The notes beneath the pieces are model-generated. The model had not been told where the DNA came from and ran no database searches. It worked only from the letters and a program-made list of their open reading frames with translations. This document shows positions 30,131 through 39,909 of a stretch of DNA of 64,000 nt, in pieces. The number at the start of each line of letters is the position of its first letter. The first letter of the stretch is position 1. The position numbers and the translations under genes are program-made. This DNA is from Candidatus Latescibacterota bacterium (GTDB lineage: Bacteria; Latescibacterota; UBA2968; GCA-2709665), in NCBI GenBank assembly GCA_965222075.1, contig OZ244937.1:160001-224000 (forward strand), written 5' to 3'.

Positions 30131-31120
30131 ATGGAATTCCGATTGATGGGAAAGACGGGCCTGAAGGTCTCCGAGTTCTGCTTCGGGCCGGGAAACAACA
30201 ATGTGACCGACGACCGCGAGGGGATGGACATGATCCGGGCGGCGTTCGATCTGGGGATTACGCTCTACGATACGTCCAATGTGGAGAAGGGCGGCAAAGT
30301 GGAGAAGTGGCTGGGGAAGGTGTTCGAGGGCCGGCGGGACGAAGTGGTCATTGCGTCTAAGTTTTCCGGAGACGGGACCCGAAAACATATTATGAGGGAG
30401 TGCGAGAAGAGCCTCAAACGGTTGAAAACCGACTATATCGACCTCTACCGGTTCCATTTCTGGCAGCCGGGCGTGGCTATCGAGGAAAGCCTGGAGGCTC
30501 TGACCGTACTGGTGCAACAGGGGAAGATTTTGTACGCCGGGTGCGGGGGCTTCAAGACCTACCAGATCGCCAATGCCCTGCGGACCTCGGAACAGTACGG
30601 ATATACCAAACTGGCGGCCGTTGGCGCCAGGTACGGCATCGCACGGACCCGGTATCCGCTAATGGAGGTGCAGGCGTTCGATTTGATTCCGTTCCTGGAG
30701 GAGGAGAAACTGGGGTTTATTCCCTTTATGGCGCTGGCTGGGGGGCTTCTGACGGGCAAATACAGGCCGGGCGAACCGCCACCGCCGGGCAGCCGATTTG
30801 CCGGTTCCAAGCACGGGCGAGACGATTTTGTGGAGAAGGCGAAGCCCGTGCTGGAGGTGGTGGAGAAGCTGCGGCCGCTGGCCGAGCGGCGGGGGGAGAC
30901 GCTGGCCCAGTTCGCGATTGCCTGGACGCTGTCCAAGCCGGTCGTGTCCAGTATTCTGATCGGGGCGAATACTCTGGACCAGCTCAATGAACTCGCGGCT
31001 GCTTCGGGCCACACCCTGAGCGCGGAGGAACTTCGGGAGGTAGACGAGATCCGGAGTGTGTTGCCCGGCTGCGTGACGGCTCCGAGTATACTCGACATCC
31101 GCATGCGCCAGCGAGCGTGA
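30131..31120 (+). CDS. Aldo/keto reductase family, copy 2
   Basis: Paralog of 25600 and 35122; alternative start 30116. Confidence 0.9.
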   Translation: MEFRLMGKTGLKVSEFCFGPGNNNVTDDREGMDMIRAAFDLGITLYDTSNVEKGGKVEKWLGKVFEGRRDEVVIASKFSGDGTRKHIMRECEKSLKRLKTDYIDLYRFHFWQPGVAIEESLEALTVLVQQGKILYAGCGGFKTYQIANALRTSEQYGYTKLAAVGARYGIARTRYPLMEVQAFDLIPFLEEEKLGFIPFMALAGGLLTGKYRPGEPPPPGSRFAGSKHGRDDFVEKAKPVLEVVEKLRPLAERRGETLAQFAIAWTLSKPVVSSILIGANTLDQLNELAAASGHTLSAEELREVDEIRSVLPGCVTAPSILDIRMRQRA

Positions 31121-31153
31121 AAGCACTGATCATCATCACCAGGAGGTTGCCAG

Positions 31154-32623
31154 ATGAATGTTGTGCTTATTGTAGGCGATCGGCACAATCCGGAGTTCGC
31201 CGGCTGTTATGGAAACTCGCTCACGCGGACGCCCCACATCGACAGCATCGCCGGGAGGGGCACACGCTTCGACAATGCCTACTGCCACAGTCCGCTCTGC
31301 GCGCCGTCTCGGGGTGCGGCCATGAGCGGGCGTTATGTACACGAGATCGGGACGTGGGACAATGCGTTTCCTTACACGGGCGTGCCCAGGGGATGGGCGC
31401 ATTATTTTTCCGACCAGGGGGTGCATTTCGCCACAGTCGGCAAGCTGGACTTCGAGCCGGGGGCGGACTGCGGGGTCGCGGAGGAGCACCTGGGCGTACA
31501 GCGCAAGAGCCTGGACCCCCATTCGCTTTTCCGAGAGCAGGGCATCAACCGGCGGTTCCGCCACCTGCACCGGTTGCGCGCAGCAGGCCCGTCCAATAAG
31601 ACGGAGGAGGGAGGCCGGGACGTTCAGATCGCGAAGTACGCGGCCCGGTGGATTGCAGAGGAACGCCCCTCCGACCGCCCCTGGGTGTTGAGCGTCAATT
31701 TCAATCACCTCCACCAGTGGAATCCATCACAAGAACTCTGGAACCACTACGATCCCCTGGTGAGGCTGGAGGACCTGGATGAACGCTACACCGAAGAGCT
31801 GTCGCACCTTCATCCCCATCACCAGGCCTGGGCCCATCGGAGCTGCGGTGATCTGATCCAGCCCGAAGAGTTGCGGCGGGGACTGGTGGGTTATCACGGC
31901 ATGTGTGAGATGATGGACCGGAACGTGGGTCGTGTACTCAAGGGTCTGGAGCAGGAGGGGTTTCTGGAAGAGACCCTTGTCATCTACGCTTCAGACCACG
32001 GAGGGAGTTGCGGGGCGCACGGCATCCTGGACTACGGGTCGATGTACAACGATTCCATCCGTGTCCTGTTCGTTGCCGCCGGCCCGGGCATTCGTTCCGG
32101 GGCGGCCGAGTCCACGCCCGTTTCCCACCACGACATATACGCTACCGTTTGCGAAGCCCTGGGCCTGGACCTGCCTGAACGAATGCGAGGGGTTTCCCTG
32201 ATGGGTCTGCTTCGGGGCGATCCGGATGCGCCGAAGCCCGAGTATACGCTCTCGGAGTTTCACGGAGACGGCTTCCCCAGCGGGATTTTCGCCATCCGTT
32301 CGGGGCCGTACAAGTTGATCGAGTGCGTGGGAGAGCGTCCAATGCTATTCGATCTGGACAAGGACCCCCTCGAGATGCACGATTTTATCCAGGAGCGTGG
32401 GGACGATCGAGAAGTTGAGGCCACGGTCCGGCGGCTCAGGAAGATCCTCTGCAGCATCTGCTCCCCGGAGGCGGTGGACGCCCGTGCCAAGGCCGATCAG
32501 CGTGCGCTGCGGCAAGAACTGACCGAAAGCGGACAAATTTTCAACGAGCAGTGGAGGCGAGGCTACGAGCGGAACCCCGACGCGCTGATCCCTCGGCCGG
32601 AATTCGTCGTCGAAGAGCCATAG
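31154..32623 (+). CDS. Sulfatase-family hydrolase clade A, copy 6
   Basis: RBS AGGAGG; 'GDRH', CAPSR; closest to copy 5. Confidence 0.9.
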   Translation: MNVVLIVGDRHNPEFAGCYGNSLTRTPHIDSIAGRGTRFDNAYCHSPLCAPSRGAAMSGRYVHEIGTWDNAFPYTGVPRGWAHYFSDQGVHFATVGKLDFEPGADCGVAEEHLGVQRKSLDPHSLFREQGINRRFRHLHRLRAAGPSNKTEEGGRDVQIAKYAARWIAEERPSDRPWVLSVNFNHLHQWNPSQELWNHYDPLVRLEDLDERYTEELSHLHPHHQAWAHRSCGDLIQPEELRRGLVGYHGMCEMMDRNVGRVLKGLEQEGFLEETLVIYASDHGGSCGAHGILDYGSMYNDSIRVLFVAAGPGIRSGAAESTPVSHHDIYATVCEALGLDLPERMRGVSLMGLLRGDPDAPKPEYTLSEFHGDGFPSGIFAIRSGPYKLIECVGERPMLFDLDKDPLEMHDFIQERGDDREVEATVRRLRKILCSICSPEAVDARAKADQRALRQELTESGQIFNEQWRRGYERNPDALIPRPEFVVEEP

Positions 32624-32764
32624 ACCGCGATACGCGATATTCCGGATCGACAACGCCGGAGATCAGCACCGAACCCAGAATCCTGAAGCATGACCCCACC
32701 ACAACTGTCGATACAGGATCCCAGCCGCGTGCACACCAACTGAAATGCTGGGTGCGCAGCAGGT

Positions 32765-32840
32765 CTGTGGCGAGGATAGGGGCGGCACGAACGGAATCCC
32801 GACCGACCGCCTGATTTCCCGGCAGGAATTCCTGCCTTAG
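32765..32840 (+). pseudogene. Eroded C-terminal remnant of another clade A sulfatase
   Basis: 'LWR...ERNPD' plus a 4-bp CGAC duplication, then 'RLISRQEFLP*'; compare 'ERNPDRLIPRQDLIP*' of copy 3. Confidence 0.6.
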
Positions 32841-32847
32841 GACGGAT

Positions 32848-35103
32848 ATGATACCAAAGTCAAGGCCCGAGCGCGTCAGGATCACGATCCAGCCTGTCCC
32901 GGGAAACGAACCGGATAGGTTCGAGGCCCTCTTTCAGGGATCCGATGGCTCGGAGACAGGCGGGCTCGATCTGACATTGCCTGCAGGCAAAGTGGGGACG
33001 TGGAAGATCACCGCCACGGCGGCAGAATCCGTACCTGCCGGCGGCGGCTTCCTCTTTCAGCGTCACTCGTTTCTGTTTTCGCACCGTATCCAGGACTACA
33101 ACCCAAAGGGACGTGACTTCGTCACACTCGAGACCCGCTCCGATGCGAGGTTGCGGCTCATCGTCAACTCCGCCCGACAATCACACCAGCCGGGTTTCGC
33201 CCAGGTGCTGGTCGAAGAGGGTGAGATGAAAGCGGGCGACGCCTTCACGATTCGGATCGGCGACCGTAGCCACGGGGGTGCGGGGAGTGCGGTCTACGAT
33301 GGTTCGACCCTGGGTCGGATCGTCGCCGCCGTGGACCGGGATGGAGGTGGTGTCTACCGTGAGTTGTCCTGCAACCCGTGCAAGATCCTCCTCACCTCCA
33401 ATCCCATCCCGGCGCTACTCCGTCTGCTGGGACCGTCTATCGTCTCCCCCGATGAGGCTTTTTCACTGCACCTGATGGCCTTCGATGCGAACCACAACAT
33501 ATGCGAGCAATTCGAGGCCCGAGTAGTACTCTCGGGGCCGACCGCCGCGGTGGCGGATTTGCCCAAAACGATCTCAATGGGGTCCGATCACAAAGGGCTT
33601 ATCATTCTGGATGGTATCCGCATACCCCAACCCGCCCTGATTCGGCTGATCGCCGAGGACGATCACCACGGCCTCAAGGCCCTGAGCAATCCCATCCTCT
33701 GCAAGGAAGACCCCGACCGCCGTCTCCTCTGGGGGGACCTCCACTGCCACGGATGGGGAGACATAAACATGGCGCTGATGGACGATCCCACCTTCAAGAT
33801 CCATCCGGAACGGAGGCACGAGCAGCTGCGCCGGGTTGGCCGGCTGGACTTCGGGGCCCCGGGGCCGGCCGTACCCCCCAACCAGGAGGACCGGCCGGAG
33901 CTGTGGCGTGCCTACCAGCAGGCCTATCGGAACAACGACGAACCCGGAGCCTACGTCCCCTTCCTCGCTTCGGAGGTCCACCCGAGACCTGGCGGGGATC
34001 GGAACGTCATCTTCCGCGAATGGACCGAATCCTATCACCCCACCTATTGCACCATCGACGAAGTGATGGCCGAGTTCGGAGATCGAGAGGATGTGATCCT
34101 GGAGGCCCACATCGGCGGCGGCCCCCCTCAATGGGACATCTATCGACCCGACCACGAACCGCTTCTCGAGGTCGCCAGCGGACACGGCAGCTTTGAATGG
34201 GTGCTCCAGTGGGCCCTCCACTGCGGCTTTCGCCCGGCCATCATCGGTTCGGGAGACACCCATCTTGCCACGATGGGCGCCCCGATCGCCGCCAAGGCCT
34301 ACTTTGGGAGGTGGCAGAACATCGGCCTGAACTTCCGCGACACCGGGTTCGGAAACGGGCCCATCGCCGCAGTCTGGGCAGCACGCTGCGAGCGTGACGC
34401 AATCTGGGAGGCGATTCGGGACCGGCGCACCTTCGCCACCACGGGGGCCCGCATCATCCTGACCGTGGATGTCAACGGACTCGCCGCGGGCCGCGAGGCC
34501 GAAATCACCTCCCCCGCCAGGATCACGATCAACGCGCACGCCTGCGCCCCCGTACAGCGGGTAGACCTGATCCGGAACGACCGTTGCCTCCGCTCCTGGC
34601 AACCCGATGCGCTCGATGTCGATCTGACCCACGTCGACGAACATCCCCTTCGGGATGGCGCCTACTACGTCCGCCTCCGGCAGATCGACGGCGAATACGC
34701 CTGGTCCACGCCAACCTGGACCTTCTGTCGGGATGGAACTGAGCATCCTTCCGACGATCTACCGATGTGGAACGCGCACGAACCTCTGGATCTGTCCGGC
34801 CTCAGGCCCAACCGGGCCGAGTCCCACGAAGCCGACCTGCGCCGGTACCTGGAGGTGGAAGAAGACATCGATCAGTTCCACAGCCTCACCCCTTTGGACG
34901 TCATCGACGAGATCACGGGGAAATCCGCGCTCTTCCTCGGCTTTTTCGGCACCGACCGGGACCCCATCAGCATTCGCTGGTACTTTGAGTTTGACATGCC
35001 CAAGATCCACGTCGACTGGGGGTGGAGGGACTTCGGACTCCGGCCGACCCCCCGCGGGGTGGAGGAACAGTTCACCGAGTGGCGCAGGGGCTGGATCCCC
35101 TGA
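32848..35103 (+). CDS. DUF3604-like / PHP-fold metallohydrolase, copy 1
   Basis: 'WGDLHCH', 'GGDRNVIF', 'EVASGHG', 'GSGDTH', 'AAVWA...R.AIWEAIR.RRTFATTGARI', 'YYVRLRQ.DG..AWSTP'. Confidence 0.75.
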   Translation: MIPKSRPERVRITIQPVPGNEPDRFEALFQGSDGSETGGLDLTLPAGKVGTWKITATAAESVPAGGGFLFQRHSFLFSHRIQDYNPKGRDFVTLETRSDARLRLIVNSARQSHQPGFAQVLVEEGEMKAGDAFTIRIGDRSHGGAGSAVYDGSTLGRIVAAVDRDGGGVYRELSCNPCKILLTSNPIPALLRLLGPSIVSPDEAFSLHLMAFDANHNICEQFEARVVLSGPTAAVADLPKTISMGSDHKGLIILDGIRIPQPALIRLIAEDDHHGLKALSNPILCKEDPDRRLLWGDLHCHGWGDINMALMDDPTFKIHPERRHEQLRRVGRLDFGAPGPAVPPNQEDRPELWRAYQQAYRNNDEPGAYVPFLASEVHPRPGGDRNVIFREWTESYHPTYCTIDEVMAEFGDREDVILEAHIGGGPPQWDIYRPDHEPLLEVASGHGSFEWVLQWALHCGFRPAIIGSGDTHLATMGAPIAAKAYFGRWQNIGLNFRDTGFGNGPIAAVWAARCERDAIWEAIRDRRTFATTGARIILTVDVNGLAAGREAEITSPARITINAHACAPVQRVDLIRNDRCLRSWQPDALDVDLTHVDEHPLRDGAYYVRLRQIDGEYAWSTPTWTFCRDGTEHPSDDLPMWNAHEPLDLSGLRPNRAESHEADLRRYLEVEEDIDQFHSLTPLDVIDEITGKSALFLGFFGTDRDPISIRWYFEFDMPKIHVDWGWRDFGLRPTPRGVEEQFTEWRRGWIP

Positions 35104-35121
35104 TACCAGGAGGGCGACGAG

Positions 35122-36135
35122 ATGGAATATCGGTTCCTCGGCAAGACAGGGCTCAAAGTCTCCGAGATTTGCTTTGGGCCGGGTAACAACAACATCGTGG
35201 AAGACGGCGAAGGAATCCGTCTCCTCGAGGAGGCCTTCGACACGGGGATCACTCTTTACGACACCTCCAATGTCGAAAAGGATGGCAAGGTTGAGACCTG
35301 GTTAGGCAAGGTGTTTGGTGGCCGCCGTGATGGAGTCGTGATTGCCAGCAAGTTCTCCGGCGATGCCACCCGAAAGCACATCGTACGGGAATGCGAGAAG
35401 AGCCTCAAAAGGCTGAACACAAACTACATCGACATCTACCGGTTCCAGGGCTGGACCCCCACCGTGGCCCTTGAAGAGAGCCTGGAGGCGCTCACCACCC
35501 TGGTTCAACAGGGCAAGATCCTGCACATCGGCTGCTGTTCATTCAAGACCTTTCAAATCGCCACCGCGCTGCGGGTCTCAGACCGGTACGGATTCACGCC
35601 CATGATGGTGATCGGGGCGAGATACTGTCTGCTCGGCCAGGACCCCTTCACGCGGTATCCCCTTATGGAGGTCCAGGAGTTTGATCTACTCCCCTATCTG
35701 GAAATGGAACAACTCGGGTTTGTCCCCTATCGTGCCCTGGCCGGGGGTATCCTGACGGGCAAGTACAGCCCGGGGGAGACCCCTCCCGACGGGAGTCGGT
35801 ATGCCGGAACCAGATATGGGCAGCCCGACTTCGTGGAAAAGGCACGACTGCAGATCGAGGTCGTTGAAAAACTTCGTCCCCTTGCCGAGCGCCGGGAAAT
35901 GACGCTGGCCCAGTTTGCCCTCGCCTGGGTCCTCTCCAAGCCGGCAGTCTCAAGCATCCTCGTGGGAGCGAACCGCCCGGAACAGCTCAGGGAACTCGTA
36001 GCCGCCAGCGGTCAAACACTCAGTCTGGACGAGCTCCGTGAAGTGGACGCCATCCGCGAAGTCCTGCCCGGATGCGTCACCATCCCCAGCAAGCGGGAAA
36101 AGCAGTGGATGGATCTGGGCTACCGGCTGGTATAG
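35122..36135 (+). CDS. Aldo/keto reductase family, copy 3
   Basis: Paralog of 25600 and 30131; RBS AGGAGG. Confidence 0.9.
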   Translation: MEYRFLGKTGLKVSEICFGPGNNNIVEDGEGIRLLEEAFDTGITLYDTSNVEKDGKVETWLGKVFGGRRDGVVIASKFSGDATRKHIVRECEKSLKRLNTNYIDIYRFQGWTPTVALEESLEALTTLVQQGKILHIGCCSFKTFQIATALRVSDRYGFTPMMVIGARYCLLGQDPFTRYPLMEVQEFDLLPYLEMEQLGFVPYRALAGGILTGKYSPGETPPDGSRYAGTRYGQPDFVEKARLQIEVVEKLRPLAERREMTLAQFALAWVLSKPAVSSILVGANRPEQLRELVAASGQTLSLDELREVDAIREVLPGCVTIPSKREKQWMDLGYRLV

Positions 36136-36260
36136 TGAGAGAGGTGGCGTCTGAGGGGAGGTGGTCGGGGAATTCGGGATTGAGGTGCCGTGGAAGGGAC
36201 AGGCAGCCTGAACCCTCTGGACGATAGGCGTGAGGTCGAAATCACAATACTGCGAACATT

Positions 36261-36340
36261 TTTTATAAGCCATTTATTTTCAACAACTTATGAAATCGTA
36301 TTTCAGTTAACAAGCTGTTGTTTTTTAAAGGCTTATAAAA
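36261..36340. promoter_or_regulatory. AT-rich imperfect palindrome with IHF-like boxes, upstream of 36399
   Basis: TTTTATAAGCC(36261)...GGCTTATAAAA(36340) perfect 11-bp arms; inner CAACAACTT/AAGCTGTTG; central TGAAAT-cgt-ATTTCA. Confidence 0.5.
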
Positions 36341-36398
36341 TTCAAGGGATCAATTTCGTAAAAACTGTTCACCATATTGAATCAAGGAGGCTGGAAAA

Positions 36399-37931
36399 AT
36401 GGGTTCTGACGTCGACGTGGCCATCATCGGGGCCGGTCACAACGGGCTGGTTGCGGCGGCCTACCTGGCGAGAAGCGGCCTGAAAGTGGCCCTGTTTGAA
36501 CGACGCTCGTTCGTTGGGGGCGGCGCGGTCACCGAGGAGCTATGGCCCGGCTTCAAATTCTCAACCTGTGCACACTCGGCGCACGGGATCCATCCCAAGA
36601 TCATCCGGGAACTCAGACTCTACGAAAGGGGATTCGAGGTCCTCCCGAGGGAACCCCGTATTGCGATCAACGCGGACGGCACCTACTGGGCGGCCCAGGA
36701 GATCGACTCACCCAGAAACGTGACGAACCTCCGGACGAGTGAAGAGCGGGAGCAGGAAAGCCGTTACAGCCGATTCAAACAGACACTGATAGACATCTTT
36801 GCCCCGTATCGCCTCGGGCCGCCCCCCAGCCTCGCCGACGTGAGGAAAAAAGTAGAAGGGACTCCAGCCTCGGAGGTCATGGAAAAGGCAATGACCACCC
36901 GGATCTTCGAGCTCCACGACGAGATCTTCAAAACAGAAAGGATAAAGGACAAACACGCGGCCGAAGGCGGCCATTTCGGCCGCGATCTGCTCGTATTCGC
37001 GACCGCTGCCGGGGCCATGAACCGCCCGGAGGAGGGCACCGGCGAAAGGCCGCCTCGGGGCTACATCCGGGGTGGAACGGGGACGTTCACACGTCTGCTT
37101 CGGGAGGCCGCCGAAGAGGCCGGTGCGGAGGTCCACGTCAACAAGTCCGCAGAAACCATCATCGTCGAATCCGGTCGTGTGCTCGGGGCCAGGTTTTCCG
37201 ATGGGAGCGAAGTGCGAGCCAAGGTGTCCGTCTCCAACCTGGACCCCAAGCAGACCTTTCTCCGCCTGGTCGCCCCAGAGCACCTCCAGCCGAAATTTCG
37301 AAGGCGAGTCGAAGGCCTGACCTCCGACATCAGCGCCTACAAGCTCCTGGCGGTCATCTCAGAACTCCCCAGATGGAAAGACTGGGACGGCGACCCGGAC
37401 CTGCTCAGCAAGGGCATGGTCGGTCTGGGCCGGTCTCGTTCCGTGGTCCAGACGGCCTTCGATGACATCGCGGCAGGTCGACCGACGATGGAGCCCACCG
37501 TGAACTTCTCCGTCCCTTCAACGGTGGACCCCAGTCTGACGAAGCCCGGCTACCATACGGCCTCTCTCTGGATCTGCCCCGCCGCATCAAGACTGCGCGA
37601 AGGAACGTGGGACGACGTGAAAGAGCAGGTGGCCGAACGGATCATCGACAACATCACCCGGTTTGCGCCAAACTTCCGGAAATCGATCGTCCACTACCGA
37701 CTCCGCACGCCCCTGGACCTTCAAAGGGAAAACGGGTTTACCGATGGCTGCATCCACCACGTGCAGCATACCCCCGACCAGCTTTTCTGGAACCGGCCGC
37801 TGCCGGAGCTTTCAGACTATCGGGCGCCACTCAAAGGGCTCTATCTGAGCGGGTGCGGGCAGCACCCCGGCGGCGAGATGACCGGCGTTCCCGGGCACAA
37901 CGCGGCTCACGAGATCCTGAAGGATCTGTAA
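36399..37931 (+). CDS. Phytoene desaturase-like FAD-dependent oxidoreductase
   Basis: 'IIGAGHNGLVAAAYLAR.G..V..FERR..VGG.AVTEE..PGF', 'TPLDL', 'GLYLSG...HPGG..TG.PGHNAA'. Confidence 0.9.
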   Translation: MGSDVDVAIIGAGHNGLVAAAYLARSGLKVALFERRSFVGGGAVTEELWPGFKFSTCAHSAHGIHPKIIRELRLYERGFEVLPREPRIAINADGTYWAAQEIDSPRNVTNLRTSEEREQESRYSRFKQTLIDIFAPYRLGPPPSLADVRKKVEGTPASEVMEKAMTTRIFELHDEIFKTERIKDKHAAEGGHFGRDLLVFATAAGAMNRPEEGTGERPPRGYIRGGTGTFTRLLREAAEEAGAEVHVNKSAETIIVESGRVLGARFSDGSEVRAKVSVSNLDPKQTFLRLVAPEHLQPKFRRRVEGLTSDISAYKLLAVISELPRWKDWDGDPDLLSKGMVGLGRSRSVVQTAFDDIAAGRPTMEPTVNFSVPSTVDPSLTKPGYHTASLWICPAASRLREGTWDDVKEQVAERIIDNITRFAPNFRKSIVHYRLRTPLDLQRENGFTDGCIHHVQHTPDQLFWNRPLPELSDYRAPLKGLYLSGCGQHPGGEMTGVPGHNAAHEILKDL

Positions 37932-37939
37932 ATTCGATC

Positions 37940-38380
37940 CGCGAGCCGGCAGGATTCAGTTTTTTTGACGACGGGCTGCCGAACCCCGACGGGAGCTACG
38001 GCTATACCAAGGCGGAGGCTTTCTTCAACCTGGGCAAGGGACGGATGTACGCCAGCGGAGGCAATGGTTCAATTTATCGCATCGACACCGAGACGGGCAC
38101 GGGAACCTGCCTGGGGACCCCAATTTCGGACCGACGCAGCCGGCTGACGTCACTCCGGCCGGACGGTGCGGCCTACGGTGTGACGGGGCGAGACGGGAAG
38201 TGTGAGGTGATCCGGTTCGACCCTGACCGGGAATCGTATGAATTGCTCGGTCCGGTTTCGGATGGAACGATTGATTGCTGGCAGGTGCACGACGTTTCCG
38301 TGACACCCGACGGCACGATCTACGCGGGCGAAAACGACTGTCCGAACCGGAGCGGTTACCTCTGGGAAATTCGATTGTAG
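37940..38380 (+). pseudogene. C-terminal fragment of a beta-propeller protein lacking its 5' part
   Basis: Protein-like frame 'GRMYASGGNGSIYRIDTETG...DGAAYGVTG...FDP...HDVSVTPDGTIYAGE...GYLWEIRL*'. No convincing start or RBS; the upstream part of ORF 37607 is a shadow of the previous gene. Confidence 0.6.
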
Positions 38381-38422
38381 CCAGAGGGTCTGCTTTTACG
38401 GCAAAGCCCAAAGGGAAGACGA

Positions 38423-39895
38423 ATGGGCGAGCAACCCAATCTGTTGTTCATTTTTACCGATCAGCAGCGGTACGACACCATGCGGTGCTATGGGAATGAG
38501 TTGATCCAGACCCCAAACCTCGACGGCCTCGCCGAGGAGAGTTTTGTCTTCAGGAATGCCTATGTGTCACAGCCCGTCTGCACGGCGGCTCGTTCCACGA
38601 TTATGACGGGCCTCTACCCCCACACAAACGGCTGCTATTCCAATCATATCCATCTGCGGCCGGAAGTCCCCACCCTCGCCGAGATGGTCTCCAAAGACTT
38701 CCTCTGCGGATTTTTCGGGAAGTGGCACCTGGGCGACGAAATCGTGCCGGTCCACGGCTTCCAGAGGCGGGTTGTCCTCGAGGACCGCACCTATCGCCAC
38801 CATTACTCGAAAAAGGAATACCTCGCCAAGCTCAGCGACTATCACTACTTCCTTATGGAAAACGGATTCACGCCCGACATCGAAGTCAGAGGCGCCCGGG
38901 TGTTCAGCCGCCCCATGGCCGCAAAACTTCCGGAGCCCTACACCAAGGCCACGTTTCTCGGTCAGGAGGCGGCTCGATTCATTCGGGAGAACCGGAAAAA
39001 CCCCTTCATACTCTACGTCAGTTTTCTCGAACCCCACGGTCCATTCACCGGCCCGTTCAACGATCTCTACCCGCCTGAAAAGATCCCCACTGGCCCCGGC
39101 TTCCTGAAAAAACCCCCTGAGGATGCACCCGTGCCCAACCGGCTACTCGCCGAACACTACACGCAGCGGGAGGACTATGAGGGGCTCGACCTGAGGACCG
39201 AGGCAGGCTGGCGGAAACTCAGGGCCCAGTATCTGGGGTTGGTCACGCTCGTGGACCGGGCGGTCGGGGAGATCCTCGGGGCGCTGGATGAAAGCGGTCA
39301 GGCAGATAACACCATTGTGGTCTTCACCAGCGACCACGGTGAAATGATGGGTGACCACGGGCTGGTGGCGAAGTGCGTTCAGTATGAAGAGGCGATCAAA
39401 GTTCCCCTCCTGATTCGCGCCCCCTGGCTGGGCCGCGGCCAGAATGTCGTGGACGGCCGAATCAGCCAGGTCGATCTGGTGCCCACCCTGTTGGACCTGC
39501 TGGGCGAGCCGGTCCCTGAAGGGCTGGAGGGTAGGAGCCGGGCCGGCCTCTTGCGCGGCGAGGAGACGCTTGAAGGCAACGACGTCTTCGTCGAATGGAT
39601 CGGTCACAACGGTCGCCACGCCGGAAACCGTCCGGGTTTCCCACCTGACCTTTCCGATGTGAAAACGAACCGTCTACTGGGCCTGCACTGGCGCACCATC
39701 GTCTCCGCGCAAGGGTGGAAGCTGAATCTGAGCCCGGAGGACCGCTGTGAACTCTACGACCTGAACACCGATCCGTTCGAGCTGGAAAATCGGATCGACG
39801 AACCAGGTCAGCAGACCCGGATTCGGGACCTCGCGCACCGTATCCGCCGATGGCAGGAGCGGACTGAAGACGAAGTACCGCTTCCTTCATTCTAG
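38423..39895 (+). CDS. Sulfatase clade B, copy 1 (canonical active site)
   Basis: 'TDQQR', CTAAR, 'GKWH', 'EPH', 'SDHG', 'AKC'. Confidence 0.9.
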   Translation: MGEQPNLLFIFTDQQRYDTMRCYGNELIQTPNLDGLAEESFVFRNAYVSQPVCTAARSTIMTGLYPHTNGCYSNHIHLRPEVPTLAEMVSKDFLCGFFGKWHLGDEIVPVHGFQRRVVLEDRTYRHHYSKKEYLAKLSDYHYFLMENGFTPDIEVRGARVFSRPMAAKLPEPYTKATFLGQEAARFIRENRKNPFILYVSFLEPHGPFTGPFNDLYPPEKIPTGPGFLKKPPEDAPVPNRLLAEHYTQREDYEGLDLRTEAGWRKLRAQYLGLVTLVDRAVGEILGALDESGQADNTIVVFTSDHGEMMGDHGLVAKCVQYEEAIKVPLLIRAPWLGRGQNVVDGRISQVDLVPTLLDLLGEPVPEGLEGRSRAGLLRGEETLEGNDVFVEWIGHNGRHAGNRPGFPPDLSDVKTNRLLGLHWRTIVSAQGWKLNLSPEDRCELYDLNTDPFELENRIDEPGQQTRIRDLAHRIRRWQERTEDEVPLPSF

Positions 39896-39909
39896 GGAAG
39901 TAAAGCCCC

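Noticed and set aside
11641-36135. Integron cassette array or CRISPR as the explanation for the repeated genes
   Set aside because: No integrase, no recurring attC-like or direct repeat in spacers; repeats are within coding sequence.
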